NCBI RefSeq assembly: GCF_041248615.1
Contig: NZ_CP158426.1
Origin: Escherichia coli
GTDB lineage: Bacteria > Pseudomonadota > Gammaproteobacteria > Enterobacterales > Enterobacteriaceae
Length of the DNA stretch: 64,000 nt
Strand: one strand, 5' to 3'
The notes below the pieces were generated by a model. It was not told the origin of the DNA. It did no database searches and saw only the letters and a list, made by a program, of their open reading frames with translations. The position numbers and the translations under genes are program-made. Every line of letters begins with the position of its first letter. Positions within the stretch are counted from its first letter, which is position 1. This document shows, in pieces, positions 12,391 through 24,051 of this stretch.

Positions 12391-13245
12391 ATGCAACAAA
12401 AAATGATTCAATTTAGTGGCGATGTCTCACTGCCAGCCATAGGGCAGGGAACATGGTATATGGGCGAAGATGCCAGTCAGCGCAAAACAGAAGTAGCTGC
12501 ACTACGCGCGGGCATTGAACTCGGTTTAACCCTCATTGATACCGCCGAAATGTATGCCGATGGTGGTGCCGAAAAGGTGGTTGGGGAAGCATTAACCGGT
12601 CTGCGAGAGAAGGTCTTTCTCGTCTCTAAAGTCTATCCGTGGAATGCTGGCGGGCAAAAAGCGATAAATGCATGCGAAGCCAGTTTACGCCGTCTCAATA
12701 CTGATTATCTCGATCTCTACTTATTACACTGGTCTGGCAGTTTCGCTCTCGAAGAGACTGTCGCAGCGATGGACAAATTGGTCGCCCAGGGCAAAATCCG
12801 CCGCTGGGGCGTTTCTAACCTTGATTATGCCGATATGCAGGAACTCTGGCAGCTGCCGGGGGGAAATCAGTGTGCCACTAATCAGGTACTTTACCATCTC
12901 GGTTCACGAGGGATTGAGTACGATCTACTTCCCTGGTGCCAGCAACAGCAGATACCGGTGATGGCTTACAGTCCGTTAGCTCAGGCCGGGCGGTTGCGCA
13001 ATGGGCTGCTAAAAAACGCAGTAGTCAACGAAATTGCACATGCTCACAATATCAGCTCGGCACAAGTATTGTTGGCGTGGGTAATCAGCCATCAGGGTGT
13101 GATGGCGATTCCAAAAGCGGCCACGATTGCCCATGTCCAACAGAATGCGGCTGTGCTTGAGGTCGAACTTTCTCCAGCGGAATTAGCTATGCTGGATAAA
13201 GCGTATCCGGCACCAAAAGGAAAAACTGCGCTGGATATGGTGTGA
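12391..13245 (+). CDS. yeaE: Aldo-keto reductase YeaE
   Basis: 284-aa ORF; AKR family; synteny. Confidence 0.9.
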   Translation: MQQKMIQFSGDVSLPAIGQGTWYMGEDASQRKTEVAALRAGIELGLTLIDTAEMYADGGAEKVVGEALTGLREKVFLVSKVYPWNAGGQKAINACEASLRRLNTDYLDLYLLHWSGSFALEETVAAMDKLVAQGKIRRWGVSNLDYADMQELWQLPGGNQCATNQVLYHLGSRGIEYDLLPWCQQQQIPVMAYSPLAQAGRLRNGLLKNAVVNEIAHAHNISSAQVLLAWVISHQGVMAIPKAATIAHVQQNAAVLEVELSPAELAMLDKAYPAPKGKTALDMV

Positions 13246-13254
13246 TGTTGATAC

Positions 13255-13279
13255 GTGCCGGATGCATCGCACCCGGCAC
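13255..13279. repeat. REP-like palindrome between convergent yeaE and yeaD
   Basis: Inverted repeat GTGCCGG...CCGGCAC containing GCCGGATGC-like REP core. Confidence 0.35.
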
Positions 13280-13295
13280 ACAACATTAACGCAAA

Positions 13296-14180
13296 TTAAC
13301 GTTTGGCAACGCGAATGGATTGCGCCAGATGTGCAGGTTTTTCTTTGGTGACTTTTTGCGTTTCTGAAGCGTAAGCCGTTTCTACACAAACAAAGGTCTT
13401 GTAGCCATCGTCCGGCATGTCGCCCATGCTAACTGAAAGCGCCGGTCCCGGATTCCAGCCTACAACGTTCAGATGATGCTGGTGACCTACGGCGATAATA
13501 CGATTCAGCGCTTCATCATTAATCACGCTGCAATCTTGCGGATTCAGATACACGCGATCGGTACGGTCAGGGAAGGTCTGAATACCGTCGGTCAGTACAT
13601 CTTCTTTCGCGTCATTCACTTTATCAATGAAGCGATCGCCCAGCCCACTGACGCTTACCTTAGCGATATCACCCACGTTAAAGTAGGTATGCAGGGCAGA
13701 GGTGGTTTCAAATTCGCCGTGTGCTTCAAGATCGATTTCACAGGTTTTACCCACGCGGAAATACGCTAACAGCGTAAAGTCGTGCGGCCAGAATTTTTTC
13801 GTCTCTTCGCTTTGCGTCAATTCAAAAGTCAGCGCTACGCCATCAGCATCTTCATGATGTGATTTCAGCGTCCACGGCAGGTTGCGGGCAAAACCGTGCG
13901 CAGGCAGGCCTTGTTGTGCAGCCGGACCAAACCACGGCCAGCAAACCGGTACGCCACCGCGAATAGCGACGCCATTTTTGAACGGTGTGTTGTTACTCAA
14001 CCACAGAACTTCTTCTTCACCCGCAGGTTTCCATGAGAGAAGGTGTGCGCCCTGTAATGCAAAAGAGGCTTTTACCTGGGGATGATCGACCACAATGAGG
14101 TCCAGTTCATCCAGTTTACGACGGGAGAGGACAGGGGAGATTTGTTCGATGACCGGAAGGGCAAAAATTTTCTTAATCAT
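13296..14180 (-). CDS. yeaD: Glucose-6-phosphate 1-epimerase YeaD
   Basis: ORF 13296..14201; start set to Met giving 294 aa (MIKKIFALPV...). Confidence 0.85.
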   Translation of the reverse strand: MIKKIFALPVIEQISPVLSRRKLDELDLIVVDHPQVKASFALQGAHLLSWKPAGEEEVLWLSNNTPFKNGVAIRGGVPVCWPWFGPAAQQGLPAHGFARNLPWTLKSHHEDADGVALTFELTQSEETKKFWPHDFTLLAYFRVGKTCEIDLEAHGEFETTSALHTYFNVGDIAKVSVSGLGDRFIDKVNDAKEDVLTDGIQTFPDRTDRVYLNPQDCSVINDEALNRIIAVGHQHHLNVVGWNPGPALSVSMGDMPDDGYKTFVCVETAYASETQKVTKEKPAHLAQSIRVAKR

Positions 14181-14211
14181 GACGCAGTCCTTTAACTTCA
14201 TTTTATCAGGT

Positions 14212-14243
14212 AAAAAAAAGAGCGACCGAAGTCGCTCTTTTTA
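14212..14243 (-). terminator. Rho-independent terminator downstream of gapA
   Basis: On the minus strand a hairpin AGAGCGAC-ttcg-GTCGCTCT is followed by a run of T. Confidence 0.6.
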
Positions 14244-14263
14244 GATCACAGTGTCATCTCAAC

Positions 14264-15271
<1,008 letters not shown>

Positions 15272-15600
15272 CTATTTGTTAGTGAATAAAAGGTTGCCTG
15301 TAAAATTACAAAAACCTTACGCAGCGTCAAGCGGAATCGTGTCAATCATTGCGACAAATCAATCCTGTGCCTAAGCATTACGCGACTGACTCGCCTCACT
15401 CTTCCTTTGGGCTTGAGACCACATGGGGTCGGCGTCCCGAATTTTAAAGGGCAATTACGATAAAAATGTGATTTTCATCACGATTTAGGTGCAGCCATTT
15501 CGTCGAGATCAAGTTTAGGACAAATTTTTGCCAGTTGGTGTTAATGTTTTGTTAGAATCAGTCACGTAATGTGAGCACGATTAAAGTGAGATGTGAGCAA

Positions 15601-16014
15601 ATGGCTAATAAACCTTCGGCAGAAGAACTGAAAAAAAATTTGTCCGAGATGCAGTTCTACGTGACGCAGAATCATGGGACAGAGCCGCCATTTACGGGTC
15701 GTTTACTGCATAACAAGCGTGACGGCGTATATCACTGTTTGATCTGCGATGCCCCGCTGTTTCATTCCCAAACCAAGTATGATTCCGGCTGTGGCTGGCC
15801 CAGTTTCTACGAACCGGTGAGTGAAGAATCCATTCGTTATATCAAAGACTTGTCACATGGAATGCAGCGCATAGAAATTCGTTGCGGTAACTGTGATGCC
15901 CATCTGGGGCATGTCTTCCCCGACGGGCCGCAGCCAACGGGTGAACGTTATTGTGTTAACTCAGCCTCTTTACGCTTTACCGATGGCGAAAACGGCGAAG
16001 AAATCAACGGTTGA
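15601..16014 (+). CDS. msrB: Peptide methionine sulfoxide reductase MsrB
   Basis: ORF 15571..16014; start at [10 protein letters not shown] giving 137 aa; CxxC zinc motifs present. Confidence 0.9.
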
Positions 16015-16055
16015 AAAAACGATTCAGCAACTTATTCCACAGGAGCGGAAAAATT

Positions 16056-16328
16056 ATGAATCTTGATGACATTATCAACAGCATGACGCTTGAGGTATAC
16101 CAGCGTTTGTCGACCGCCGTTGAATTGGGCAAATGGCCTGATGGCGTTGCGTTGACCGAGGAACAAAAAGAGAACTGCCTGCAACTGGTGATGCTGTGGC
16201 AAGCCCGCAATAATACCGAAGCACAGCATATGACAATTGACACAAATGGTCAGATGGTCATGAAGAGCAAACAACAGTTAAAAGAAGATTTTGGTATCTC
16301 AGCAAAGGCTATTGCCATGTTTAAGTAA
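16056..16328 (+). CDS. yeaC: DUF1315 protein YeaC
   Basis: ORF 16011..16328; start at MNLDDIINSMT giving 90 aa; synteny. Confidence 0.85.
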   Translation: MNLDDIINSMTLEVYQRLSTAVELGKWPDGVALTEEQKENCLQLVMLWQARNNTEAQHMTIDTNGQMVMKSKQQLKEDFGISAKAIAMFK

Positions 16329-16567
16329 GTGGTTTGTCCCCTTTTTGCCGCGGTTATAAAGGGGATAGCCAACAATAACCCCACGACTCATCTCAATTAT
16401 CTCGTCACGACCAGGCTAAGTCCCAGCCCGGTCTCTTGCAGTCGCGTTCACGCCTGAATGACTTCTCCTGAACTTAAGTCTCAGACCTATTTGGCCGGTA
16501 ATCCCTCTCAAATTTGCTCATTTTGCGTTCCGCCTTCCATCAACCTGTAACAGATCCAGCCATTTTC

Positions 16568-16619
16568 TGCGTAATTGTGATCTGAGTTGTAAAACGCAGA
16601 TCATTATCTGTGTTTTACA
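16568..16619. promoter_or_regulatory. Nested inverted repeats in the ydjL upstream region (candidate operator)
   Basis: TGTAAAAC ... GTTTTACA and CTGCGT ... ACGCAG inverted repeats about 80 bp upstream of ydjL start. Confidence 0.3.
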
Positions 16620-16697
16620 GATTTAATGTTGACCTCAAAAATCATGTGGGTAAGTATGATGACCATCTAAGCAAAACAAAACACAGAGGATGACGCA

Positions 16698-17774
16698 ATG
16701 AAAGCACTGGCTCGGTTTGGCAAAGCCTTTGGCGGCTACAAGATGATCGATGTCCCACAACCCATTTGTGGCCCGGAAGATGTAGTGATTGAAATTAAAG
16801 CCGCGGCAATCTGCGGCGCAGACATGAAGCACTACAATGTCGATAGCGGTTCTGATGAGTTTAACTCTATCCGCGGCCATGAGTTCGCAGGTTGTATTGC
16901 GCAGGTTGGTGAAAAAGTCAAAGACTGGAAAGTGGGGCAACGCGTCGTGTCGGATAACAGCGGTCACGTCTGCGGCGTTTGTCCGGCCTGTGAACAAGGT
17001 GATTTTCTGTGTTGTACAGAAAAAGTAAACCTTGGTCTGGATAACAATACCTGGGGCGGTGGTTTTTCCAAATATTGTCTGGTTCCTGGTGAAATTCTCA
17101 AAATTCATCGTCATGCATTGTGGGAAATCCCTGATGGTGTTGATTATGAGGACGCAGCCATACTTGACCCTATCTGTAATGCCTATAAATCCATCGCGCA
17201 GCAATCGAAATTCCTCCCTGGTCAGGATGTGGTCGTCATCGGCACTGGCCCACTCGGGCTGTTCTCCGTACAAATGGCGCGGATTATGGGGGCGGTAAAT
17301 ATCGTCGTCGTTGGTCTACAAGAAGATGTGGCGGTCCGCTTCCCGGTTGCAAAAGAACTGGGTGCGACGGCAGTAGTAAATGGTTCTACCGAAGATGTGG
17401 TGGCGCGCTGCCAGCAAATTTGTGGCAAAGACAATCTGGGACTGGTGATTGAATGCTCCGGTGCCAATATCGCACTGAAACAAGCCATCGAAATGCTCCG
17501 TCCGAACGGGGAAGTGGTACGCGTTGGAATGGGCTTCAAACCTCTTGATTTCTCGATTAATGACATTACCGCCTGGAACAAAAGCATCATTGGGCATATG
17601 GCCTATGACTCCACCTCATGGCGTAACGCTCTCCGGCTATTAGCCAGCGGCGCTATCAAAGTCAAACCGATGATCACGCATCGTATCGGCCTGTCGCAAT
17701 GGCGCGAAGGGTTTGATGCGATGGTCGATAAAACCGCAATCAAAGTGATCATGACTTACGACTTTGATGAATAA
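16698..17774 (+). CDS. ydjL: Zinc-dependent sugar-alcohol dehydrogenase YdjL
   Basis: 358-aa MDR-family ORF with Zn ligands and GxGxxG; first gene of the ydjLKJIHG cluster. Confidence 0.9.
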   Translation: MKALARFGKAFGGYKMIDVPQPICGPEDVVIEIKAAAICGADMKHYNVDSGSDEFNSIRGHEFAGCIAQVGEKVKDWKVGQRVVSDNSGHVCGVCPACEQGDFLCCTEKVNLGLDNNTWGGGFSKYCLVPGEILKIHRHALWEIPDGVDYEDAAILDPICNAYKSIAQQSKFLPGQDVVVIGTGPLGLFSVQMARIMGAVNIVVVGLQEDVAVRFPVAKELGATAVVNGSTEDVVARCQQICGKDNLGLVIECSGANIALKQAIEMLRPNGEVVRVGMGFKPLDFSINDITAWNKSIIGHMAYDSTSWRNALRLLASGAIKVKPMITHRIGLSQWREGFDAMVDKTAIKVIMTYDFDE

Positions 17775-17800
17775 CTACTCTCCTGAAGGAACGTTATCGC

Positions 17801-19180
17801 ATGGAACAGATAACAAAACCGCATTGTGGTGCACGGCTGGATCGCTTACCGGATTGCCGCTGGCATTCGTCAATGTTTGCCATCGTCTCGTTTGGCTTGC
17901 TTGTCTGCTGGAGTAATGCCGTTGGTGGCTTGATCCTCGCGCAGCTGAAAGAGTTGGGCTGGACAGATAATTCCACCACTGCCACATTCTCAGCAATCAC
18001 GACCGCCGGAATGTTTCTCGGTGCGCTGGTTGGCGGCATCATCGGTGACAAAACCGGTCGCAGAAATGCGTTCATCCTCTATGAGGCCATTCATATTGCC
18101 TCGATGGTGGTCGGTGCTTTTTCACCGAATATGGATTTCCTTATTGCCTGCCGTTTTGTGATGGGCGTTGGGCTGGGAGCTTTACTGGTGACGCTGTTTG
18201 CTGGTTTCACCGAATATATGCCCGGTAGAAATCGCGGAACGTGGTCCAGTCGGGTTTCTTTTATTGGCAACTGGTCATATCCGCTCTGTTCATTGATTGC
18301 GATGGGACTCACGCCGCTGATTAGTGCAGAGTGGAACTGGCGAGTACAACTGCTTATCCCTGCAATATTGTCGCTTATCGCTACGGCGCTGGCCTGGCGC
18401 TACTTTCCTGAATCCCCGCGCTGGCTGGAATCGCGCGGACGGTATCAGGAAGCCGAGAAAGTCATGCGGAGTATAGAAGAAGGCGTCATACGCCAGACGG
18501 GAAAACCTTTGCCGCCCGTGGTTATTGCTGATGACGGTAAAGCGCCACAAGCGGTGCCGTATTCAGCCTTAATGACAGGAGTATTACTGAAACGCGTGAT
18601 ATTAGGCTCTTGTGTGCTGATTGCCATGAACGTTGTGCAGTACACACTAATTAACTGGTTGCCAACAATATTCATGACCCAGGGGATTAATTTAAAAGAC
18701 TCGATTGTTTTAAATACCATGAGTATGTTTGGCGCGCCATTTGGTATTTTTATTGCTATGCTGGTGATGGATAAAATTCCGCGTAAAACAATGGGTGTGG
18801 GGCTATTAATCCTGATTGCGGTGCTCGGATATATCTATTCACTGCAAACCAGTATGTTGCTCATAACGTTGATTGGTTTCTTCCTGATTACTTTCGTCTA
18901 TATGTACGTTTGCTATGCCTCGGCAGTGTATGTCCCTGAGATCTGGCCGACAGAGGCCAAATTACGTGGCTCCGGTCTGGCGAATGCAGTAGGGCGAATC
19001 AGTGGTATTGCCGCACCTTATGCCGTTGCAGTGCTGCTCAGTAGTTATGGCGTAACGGGAGTCTTTATTCTTCTGGGGGCGGTTTCAATTATTGTCGCAA
19101 TTGCTATCGCCACCATTGGAATTGAAACCAAAGGTGTCTCCGTTGAAAGTTTAAGTATTGATGCAGTAGTCAATAAATAA
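17801..19180 (+). CDS. ydjK: MFS sugar transporter YdjK
   Basis: 459-aa 12-TM-type ORF; synteny. Confidence 0.9.
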   Translation: MEQITKPHCGARLDRLPDCRWHSSMFAIVSFGLLVCWSNAVGGLILAQLKELGWTDNSTTATFSAITTAGMFLGALVGGIIGDKTGRRNAFILYEAIHIASMVVGAFSPNMDFLIACRFVMGVGLGALLVTLFAGFTEYMPGRNRGTWSSRVSFIGNWSYPLCSLIAMGLTPLISAEWNWRVQLLIPAILSLIATALAWRYFPESPRWLESRGRYQEAEKVMRSIEEGVIRQTGKPLPPVVIADDGKAPQAVPYSALMTGVLLKRVILGSCVLIAMNVVQYTLINWLPTIFMTQGINLKDSIVLNTMSMFGAPFGIFIAMLVMDKIPRKTMGVGLLILIAVLGYIYSLQTSMLLITLIGFFLITFVYMYVCYASAVYVPEIWPTEAKLRGSGLANAVGRISGIAAPYAVAVLLSSYGVTGVFILLGAVSIIVAIAIATIGIETKGVSVESLSIDAVVNK

Positions 19181-19196
19181 TACTGGTGGATTCAAA

Positions 19197-20240
19197 ATGA
19201 AAAATTCAAAAGCAATATTGCAGGTGCCGGGCACAATGAAAATTATTTCAGCAGAAATACCTGTGCCTAAAGAAGATGAAGTTTTGATTAAAGTGGAATA
19301 TGTCGGTATTTGTGGTTCAGATGTACATGGTTTTGAATCAGGCCCGTTTATTCCGCCTAAAGACCCAAATCAAGAAATTGGCTTGGGTCATGAATGCGCC
19401 GGGACGGTTGTGGCTGTGGGAAGCCGTGTGCGCAAATTTAAAGCGGGGGATCGGGTAAATATCGAACCTGGCGTTCCTTGCGGTCACTGTCGTTACTGTC
19501 TGGAAGGCAAATATAACATCTGCCCGGACGTTGATTTTATGGCGACACAACCTAACTACCGCGGCGCATTAACGCACTATCTGTGTCATCCGGAGAGCTT
19601 TACTTACAAACTGCCCGACAATATGGACATGATGGAAGGGGCGCTGGTGGAGCCTGCTGCAGTCGGGATGCATGCCGCGATGCTGGCAGATGTTAAACCG
19701 GGTAAGAAGATAATTATTCTGGGAGCGGGTTGTATTGGTTTGATGACGTTGCAAGCGTGCAAATGCCTGGGAGCTACGGATATTGCCGTCGTTGATGTAC
19801 TGGATAAACGTCTGACAATGGCGGAACAGCTCGGCGCGACAGTGGTTATTAACGGTGCAAAAGAAGACACTATTGCACGCTGTCAGCAATTTACCGAAGA
19901 AATGGGCGCAGATATTGTTTTCGAAACAGCGGGTTCTGCGGTCACCGTTAAACAGGCACCTTATCTGGTAATGCGCGGCGGTAAAATTATGATTGTTGGT
20001 ACTGTACCGGGCGATTCGGCAATCAATTTCCTCAAAATCAATCGCGAAGTCACTATTCAGACAGTATTCCGCTATGCCAATCGTTATCCGGTCACGATTG
20101 AAGCTATTTCCTCAGGGCGATTCGATGTGAAATCGATGGTGACACATATTTACGATTATCAGGATGTACAACAGGCATTTGAAGAGTCGGTTAACAACAA
20201 ACGCGACATTATTAAAGGCGTTATTAAAATTAGCGATTAA
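19197..20240 (+). CDS. ydjJ: Zinc-dependent dehydrogenase YdjJ
   Basis: 347-aa MDR-family ORF (GHECAG, GxGxxG); synteny. Confidence 0.9.
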   Translation: MKNSKAILQVPGTMKIISAEIPVPKEDEVLIKVEYVGICGSDVHGFESGPFIPPKDPNQEIGLGHECAGTVVAVGSRVRKFKAGDRVNIEPGVPCGHCRYCLEGKYNICPDVDFMATQPNYRGALTHYLCHPESFTYKLPDNMDMMEGALVEPAAVGMHAAMLADVKPGKKIIILGAGCIGLMTLQACKCLGATDIAVVDVLDKRLTMAEQLGATVVINGAKEDTIARCQQFTEEMGADIVFETAGSAVTVKQAPYLVMRGGKIMIVGTVPGDSAINFLKINREVTIQTVFRYANRYPVTIEAISSGRFDVKSMVTHIYDYQDVQQAFEESVNNKRDIIKGVIKISD

Positions 20241-20260
20241 TTAATACGGGAGAACAGAAT

Positions 20261-21097
20261 ATGCTCGCAGATATCAGATATTGGGAAAACGATGCCACAA
20301 ATAAACATTATGCAATTGCCCATTTTAACGTATGGAATGCAGAAATGTTGATGGGCGTTATCGACGCAGCCGAAGAAGCGAAATCACCGGTTATTATTTC
20401 TTTTGGTACAGGTTTTGTCGGGAACACCTCATTTGAAGATTTCTCTCACATGATGGTATCAATGGCAAAAAAAGCAACGGTGCCGGTAATAACTCATTGG
20501 GATCATGGTCGGAGTATGGAAATTATTCATAACGCCTGGACTCATGGTATGAATTCATTAATGCGTGATGCTTCCGCATTTGATTTCGAAGAAAATATTC
20601 GTTTAACCAAAGAGGCTGTTGATTTCTTCCATCCGCTGGGTATTCCGGTAGAGGCAGAATTAGGGCATGTCGGTAATGAAACCGTTTATGAAGAAGCGCT
20701 GGCGGGCTATCACTATACCGATCCTGACCAGGCGGCTGAATTTGTTGAACGTACGGGCTGTGACTCATTGGCTGTCGCCATCGGCAACCAACATGGGGTT
20801 TATACGTCAGAGCCACAATTGAATTTTGAGGTCGTCAAACGCGTACGCGATGCCGTTTCTGTTCCGCTGGTTTTGCACGGCGCATCGGGGATCAGTGATA
20901 CCGACATTAAAACTGCAATTTCGTTGGGTATCGCGAAAATCAACATTCATACGGAGCTCTGTCAGGCCGCAATGGTAGCAGTGAAAGAAAACCAGGATCA
21001 GCCTTTCCTGCATTTAGAACGTGAAGTACGTAAAGCTGTAAAAGAACGGGCATTGGAAAAAATTAAACTGTTCGGTTCTGATGGCAAAGCGGAATAA
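20261..21097 (+). CDS. ydjI: Class II aldolase YdjI
   Basis: 278-aa ORF resembling tagatose/fructose-bisphosphate aldolase class II; synteny. Confidence 0.9.
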   Translation: MLADIRYWENDATNKHYAIAHFNVWNAEMLMGVIDAAEEAKSPVIISFGTGFVGNTSFEDFSHMMVSMAKKATVPVITHWDHGRSMEIIHNAWTHGMNSLMRDASAFDFEENIRLTKEAVDFFHPLGIPVEAELGHVGNETVYEEALAGYHYTDPDQAAEFVERTGCDSLAVAIGNQHGVYTSEPQLNFEVVKRVRDAVSVPLVLHGASGISDTDIKTAISLGIAKINIHTELCQAAMVAVKENQDQPFLHLEREVRKAVKERALEKIKLFGSDGKAE

Positions 21098-21101
21098 TGA
21101 T

Positions 21102-22049
21102 ATGGATAATCTCGACGTTATTTGTATAGGTGCCGCTATTGTTGATATTCCATTGCAACCGGTCAGTAAAAATATCTTTGATGTGGATTCTTATCCTCTT
21201 GAAAGAATCGCAATGACCACCGGGGGTGATGCAATAAATGAAGCAACAATTATTTCTCGTCTGGGCCATCGCACAGCATTAATGAGTCGTATTGGTAAAG
21301 ATGCCGCCGGGCAATTTATTCTCGACCATTGCCGCAAAGAGAATATTGATATTCAAAGCCTGAAGCAGGACGTCAGCATAGATACCTCAATTAACGTTGG
21401 ACTGGTGACGGAGGATGGCGAGCGGACGTTTGTCACAAACTGTAACGGCAGTCTGTGGAAATTGAATATTGACGATGTTGATTTTTCGCGGTTTTCTCAG
21501 GCGAAATTATTATCTCTGGCCAGTATTTTCAACAGTCCTCTATTGGATGGTAAAGCGCTAACAGAAATTTTTACGCAAGCTAAAGCCCGGCAGATGATTA
21601 TCTGTGCCGATATGATCAAACCGCGGTTGAATGAAACGCTGGATGATATTTGCGAAGCATTGAGTTATGTCGATTATCTGTTTCCTAATTATGCCGAGGC
21701 AAAATTACTCACCGGGAAAGAGACACTGGATGAAATTGCTGACTGCTTTCTTGCGTGCGGCGTAAAAACGGTGGTGATTAAAACGGGTAAAGACGGCTGC
21801 TTTATCAAGCGTGGTGACATGACGATGAAGGTGCCGGCGGTCGCAGGAATAACCGCCATCGACACCATTGGCGCGGGCGATAACTTTGCTTCAGGTTTTA
21901 TTGCGGCACTGTTAGAAGGCAAAAATCTGCGTGAATGCGCACGCTTTGCCAATGCAACGGCGGCTATCTCGGTTCTAAGCGTCGGTGCCTCCACCGGCGT
22001 AAAAAACAGAAAGCTGGTCGAACAATTGCTGGAAGAATACGAAGGATAA
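21102..22049 (+). CDS. ydjH: PfkB-family sugar kinase YdjH
   Basis: ORF 21081..22049; start at MDNLDVICIGAAIVD giving 315 aa; GAGD motif near C-terminus. Confidence 0.85.
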   Translation: MDNLDVICIGAAIVDIPLQPVSKNIFDVDSYPLERIAMTTGGDAINEATIISRLGHRTALMSRIGKDAAGQFILDHCRKENIDIQSLKQDVSIDTSINVGLVTEDGERTFVTNCNGSLWKLNIDDVDFSRFSQAKLLSLASIFNSPLLDGKALTEIFTQAKARQMIICADMIKPRLNETLDDICEALSYVDYLFPNYAEAKLLTGKETLDEIADCFLACGVKTVVIKTGKDGCFIKRGDMTMKVPAVAGITAIDTIGAGDNFASGFIAALLEGKNLRECARFANATAAISVLSVGASTGVKNRKLVEQLLEEYEG

Positions 22050-22058
22050 TGAAGGCAA

Positions 22059-23039
22059 ATGAAAAAGATACCTTTAGGCACAACGGATATTACGCTTTCG
22101 CGAATGGGGTTGGGGACATGGGCCATTGGCGGCGGTCCTGCATGGAATGGCGATCTCGATCGACAAATATGTATTGATACGATTCTTGAAGCCCATCGTT
22201 GCGGCATTAACCTGATTGATACTGCGCCAGGATATAACTTTGGCAATAGTGAAGTTATCGTCGGTCAGGCGTTAAAAAAACTGCCCCGTGAACAGGTTGT
22301 AGTAGAAACCAAATGCGGCATTGTCTGGGAACGAAAAGGGAGTTTATTCAACAAAGTTGGCGATCGGCAGTTGTATAAAAACCTTTCCCCGGAATCTATC
22401 CGCAAAGAGGTAGAAGCCAGCTTGCAACGTCTGGGTATTGATTACATCGATATCTACATGACGCACTGGCAGTCGGTGCCGCCATTTTTTACGCCGATCG
22501 CTGAAACTGTCGCAGTGCTCAATGAGTTAAAGGACGAAGGGAAAATTCGCGCTATAGGCGCTGCTAACGTCGATGCTGACCATATCCGCGAGTATCTGCA
22601 ATATGGTGAACTGGATATTATTCAGGCGAAATACAGTATCCTCGACCGGGCAATGGAAAGCGAACTGCTGCCGCTATGTCGTGATAATGGCATTGTGGTA
22701 CAGGTTTATTCGCCGTTAGAGCAGGGATTGTTGACCGGTACCATCACTCGTGATTACGTTCCGGGCGGCGCTCGGGCAAATAAAGTCTGGTTCCAGCGTG
22801 AAAACATGCTGAAAGTGATTGATATGCTTGAACAGTGGCAGCCACTCTGTGCTCGTTATCAGTGCACAATTCCCACTCTGGCACTGGCGTGGATATTAAA
22901 ACAGAGTGATTTAATCTCCATTCTTAGTGGGGCTACTGCACCGGAACAGGTACGCGAAAATGTCGCGGCATTGAATATCAACTTATCGGATGCAGACGCA
23001 ACATTGATGAGGGAAATGGCAGAGGCCCTGGAGCGTTAA
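22059..23039 (+). CDS. ydjG: Aldo-keto reductase YdjG
   Basis: 326-aa AKR-family ORF; synteny. Confidence 0.9.
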   Translation: MKKIPLGTTDITLSRMGLGTWAIGGGPAWNGDLDRQICIDTILEAHRCGINLIDTAPGYNFGNSEVIVGQALKKLPREQVVVETKCGIVWERKGSLFNKVGDRQLYKNLSPESIRKEVEASLQRLGIDYIDIYMTHWQSVPPFFTPIAETVAVLNELKDEGKIRAIGAANVDADHIREYLQYGELDIIQAKYSILDRAMESELLPLCRDNGIVVQVYSPLEQGLLTGTITRDYVPGGARANKVWFQRENMLKVIDMLEQWQPLCARYQCTIPTLALAWILKQSDLISILSGATAPEQVRENVAALNINLSDADATLMREMAEALER

Positions 23040-23175
23040 ATACTCAACACGATTCACCTCTGTTTCTGTGAAAACTGTGATGAAAATCTGTGATTCAAAC
23101 AGGTTATTTTGAAAGTAAACATCGGTTATGCGATAATCGCGCTAATGTGATGTAAAAAGATACAGGGGTGTAATC

Positions 23176-23934
23176 GTGGCGGCAAAAGACAGGATTCAGG
23201 CAATTAAGCAAATGGTTGCCAACGATAAAAAGGTGACAGTCTCAAATTTGAGTGGGATTTTTCAGGTAACCGAAGAAACCATTCGCCGCGATCTCGAGAA
23301 GCTGGAAGATGAAGGCTTTTTGACCAGAACCTATGGTGGTGCTGTTTTAAATACAGCGATGTTGACGGAGAATATCCATTTTTATAAGCGCGCTTCATCG
23401 TTTTATGAAGAGAAGCAGCTTATTGCACGCAAGGCACTACCCTTTATCGACAATAAAACCACTATGGCAGCCGATTCCAGTAGTACCGTTATGGAATTGC
23501 TCAAATTGTTGCAGGACCGTAGTGACCTGACGTTGCTAACTAACTCGGCGGAAGCGATTCATGTTCTGGCTCAATCAGAAATTAAAGTCGTTTCAACGGG
23601 GGGGGAACTAAACAAAAATACACTTTCCCTGCAAGGAAGAATTACTAAAGAGATCATCAGCCGCTACCATGTCGATATCATGGTAATGAGTTGTAAAGGT
23701 CTTGATATTAACAGCGGCGCGCTGGACTCTAACGAAGCGGAAGCTGAAATCAAAAAGACAATGATCCGTCAGGCGACAGAGGTTGCGTTATTGGTTGATC
23801 ACTCTAAGTTTGATCGCAAAGCTTTTGTCCAGTTAGCTGACTTTAGTCATATTAATTACATAATAACTGATAAATCACCGGGTGCAGAGTGGATAGCATT
23901 TTGCAAAGACAATAATATCCAGCTGGTGTGGTAA
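23176..23934 (+). CDS. ydjF: DeoR-family transcriptional regulator YdjF
   Basis: 252-aa ORF with N-terminal HTH and DeoR C-terminal sugar-binding-like domain; synteny. Confidence 0.9.
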   Translation: MAAKDRIQAIKQMVANDKKVTVSNLSGIFQVTEETIRRDLEKLEDEGFLTRTYGGAVLNTAMLTENIHFYKRASSFYEEKQLIARKALPFIDNKTTMAADSSSTVMELLKLLQDRSDLTLLTNSAEAIHVLAQSEIKVVSTGGELNKNTLSLQGRITKEIISRYHVDIMVMSCKGLDINSGALDSNEAEAEIKKTMIRQATEVALLVDHSKFDRKAFVQLADFSHINYIITDKSPGAEWIAFCKDNNIQLVW

Positions 23935-24051
23935 TTTAAGCACACGTTGTCAATATTATTTGTTCCTGCGCCTGGAAAATAAAATGATGATAAAGATGCG
24001 GCAAGTGAATTTGCCGCAATTGCTACCTTTTTAGCAAATCCGAGGCACCTA

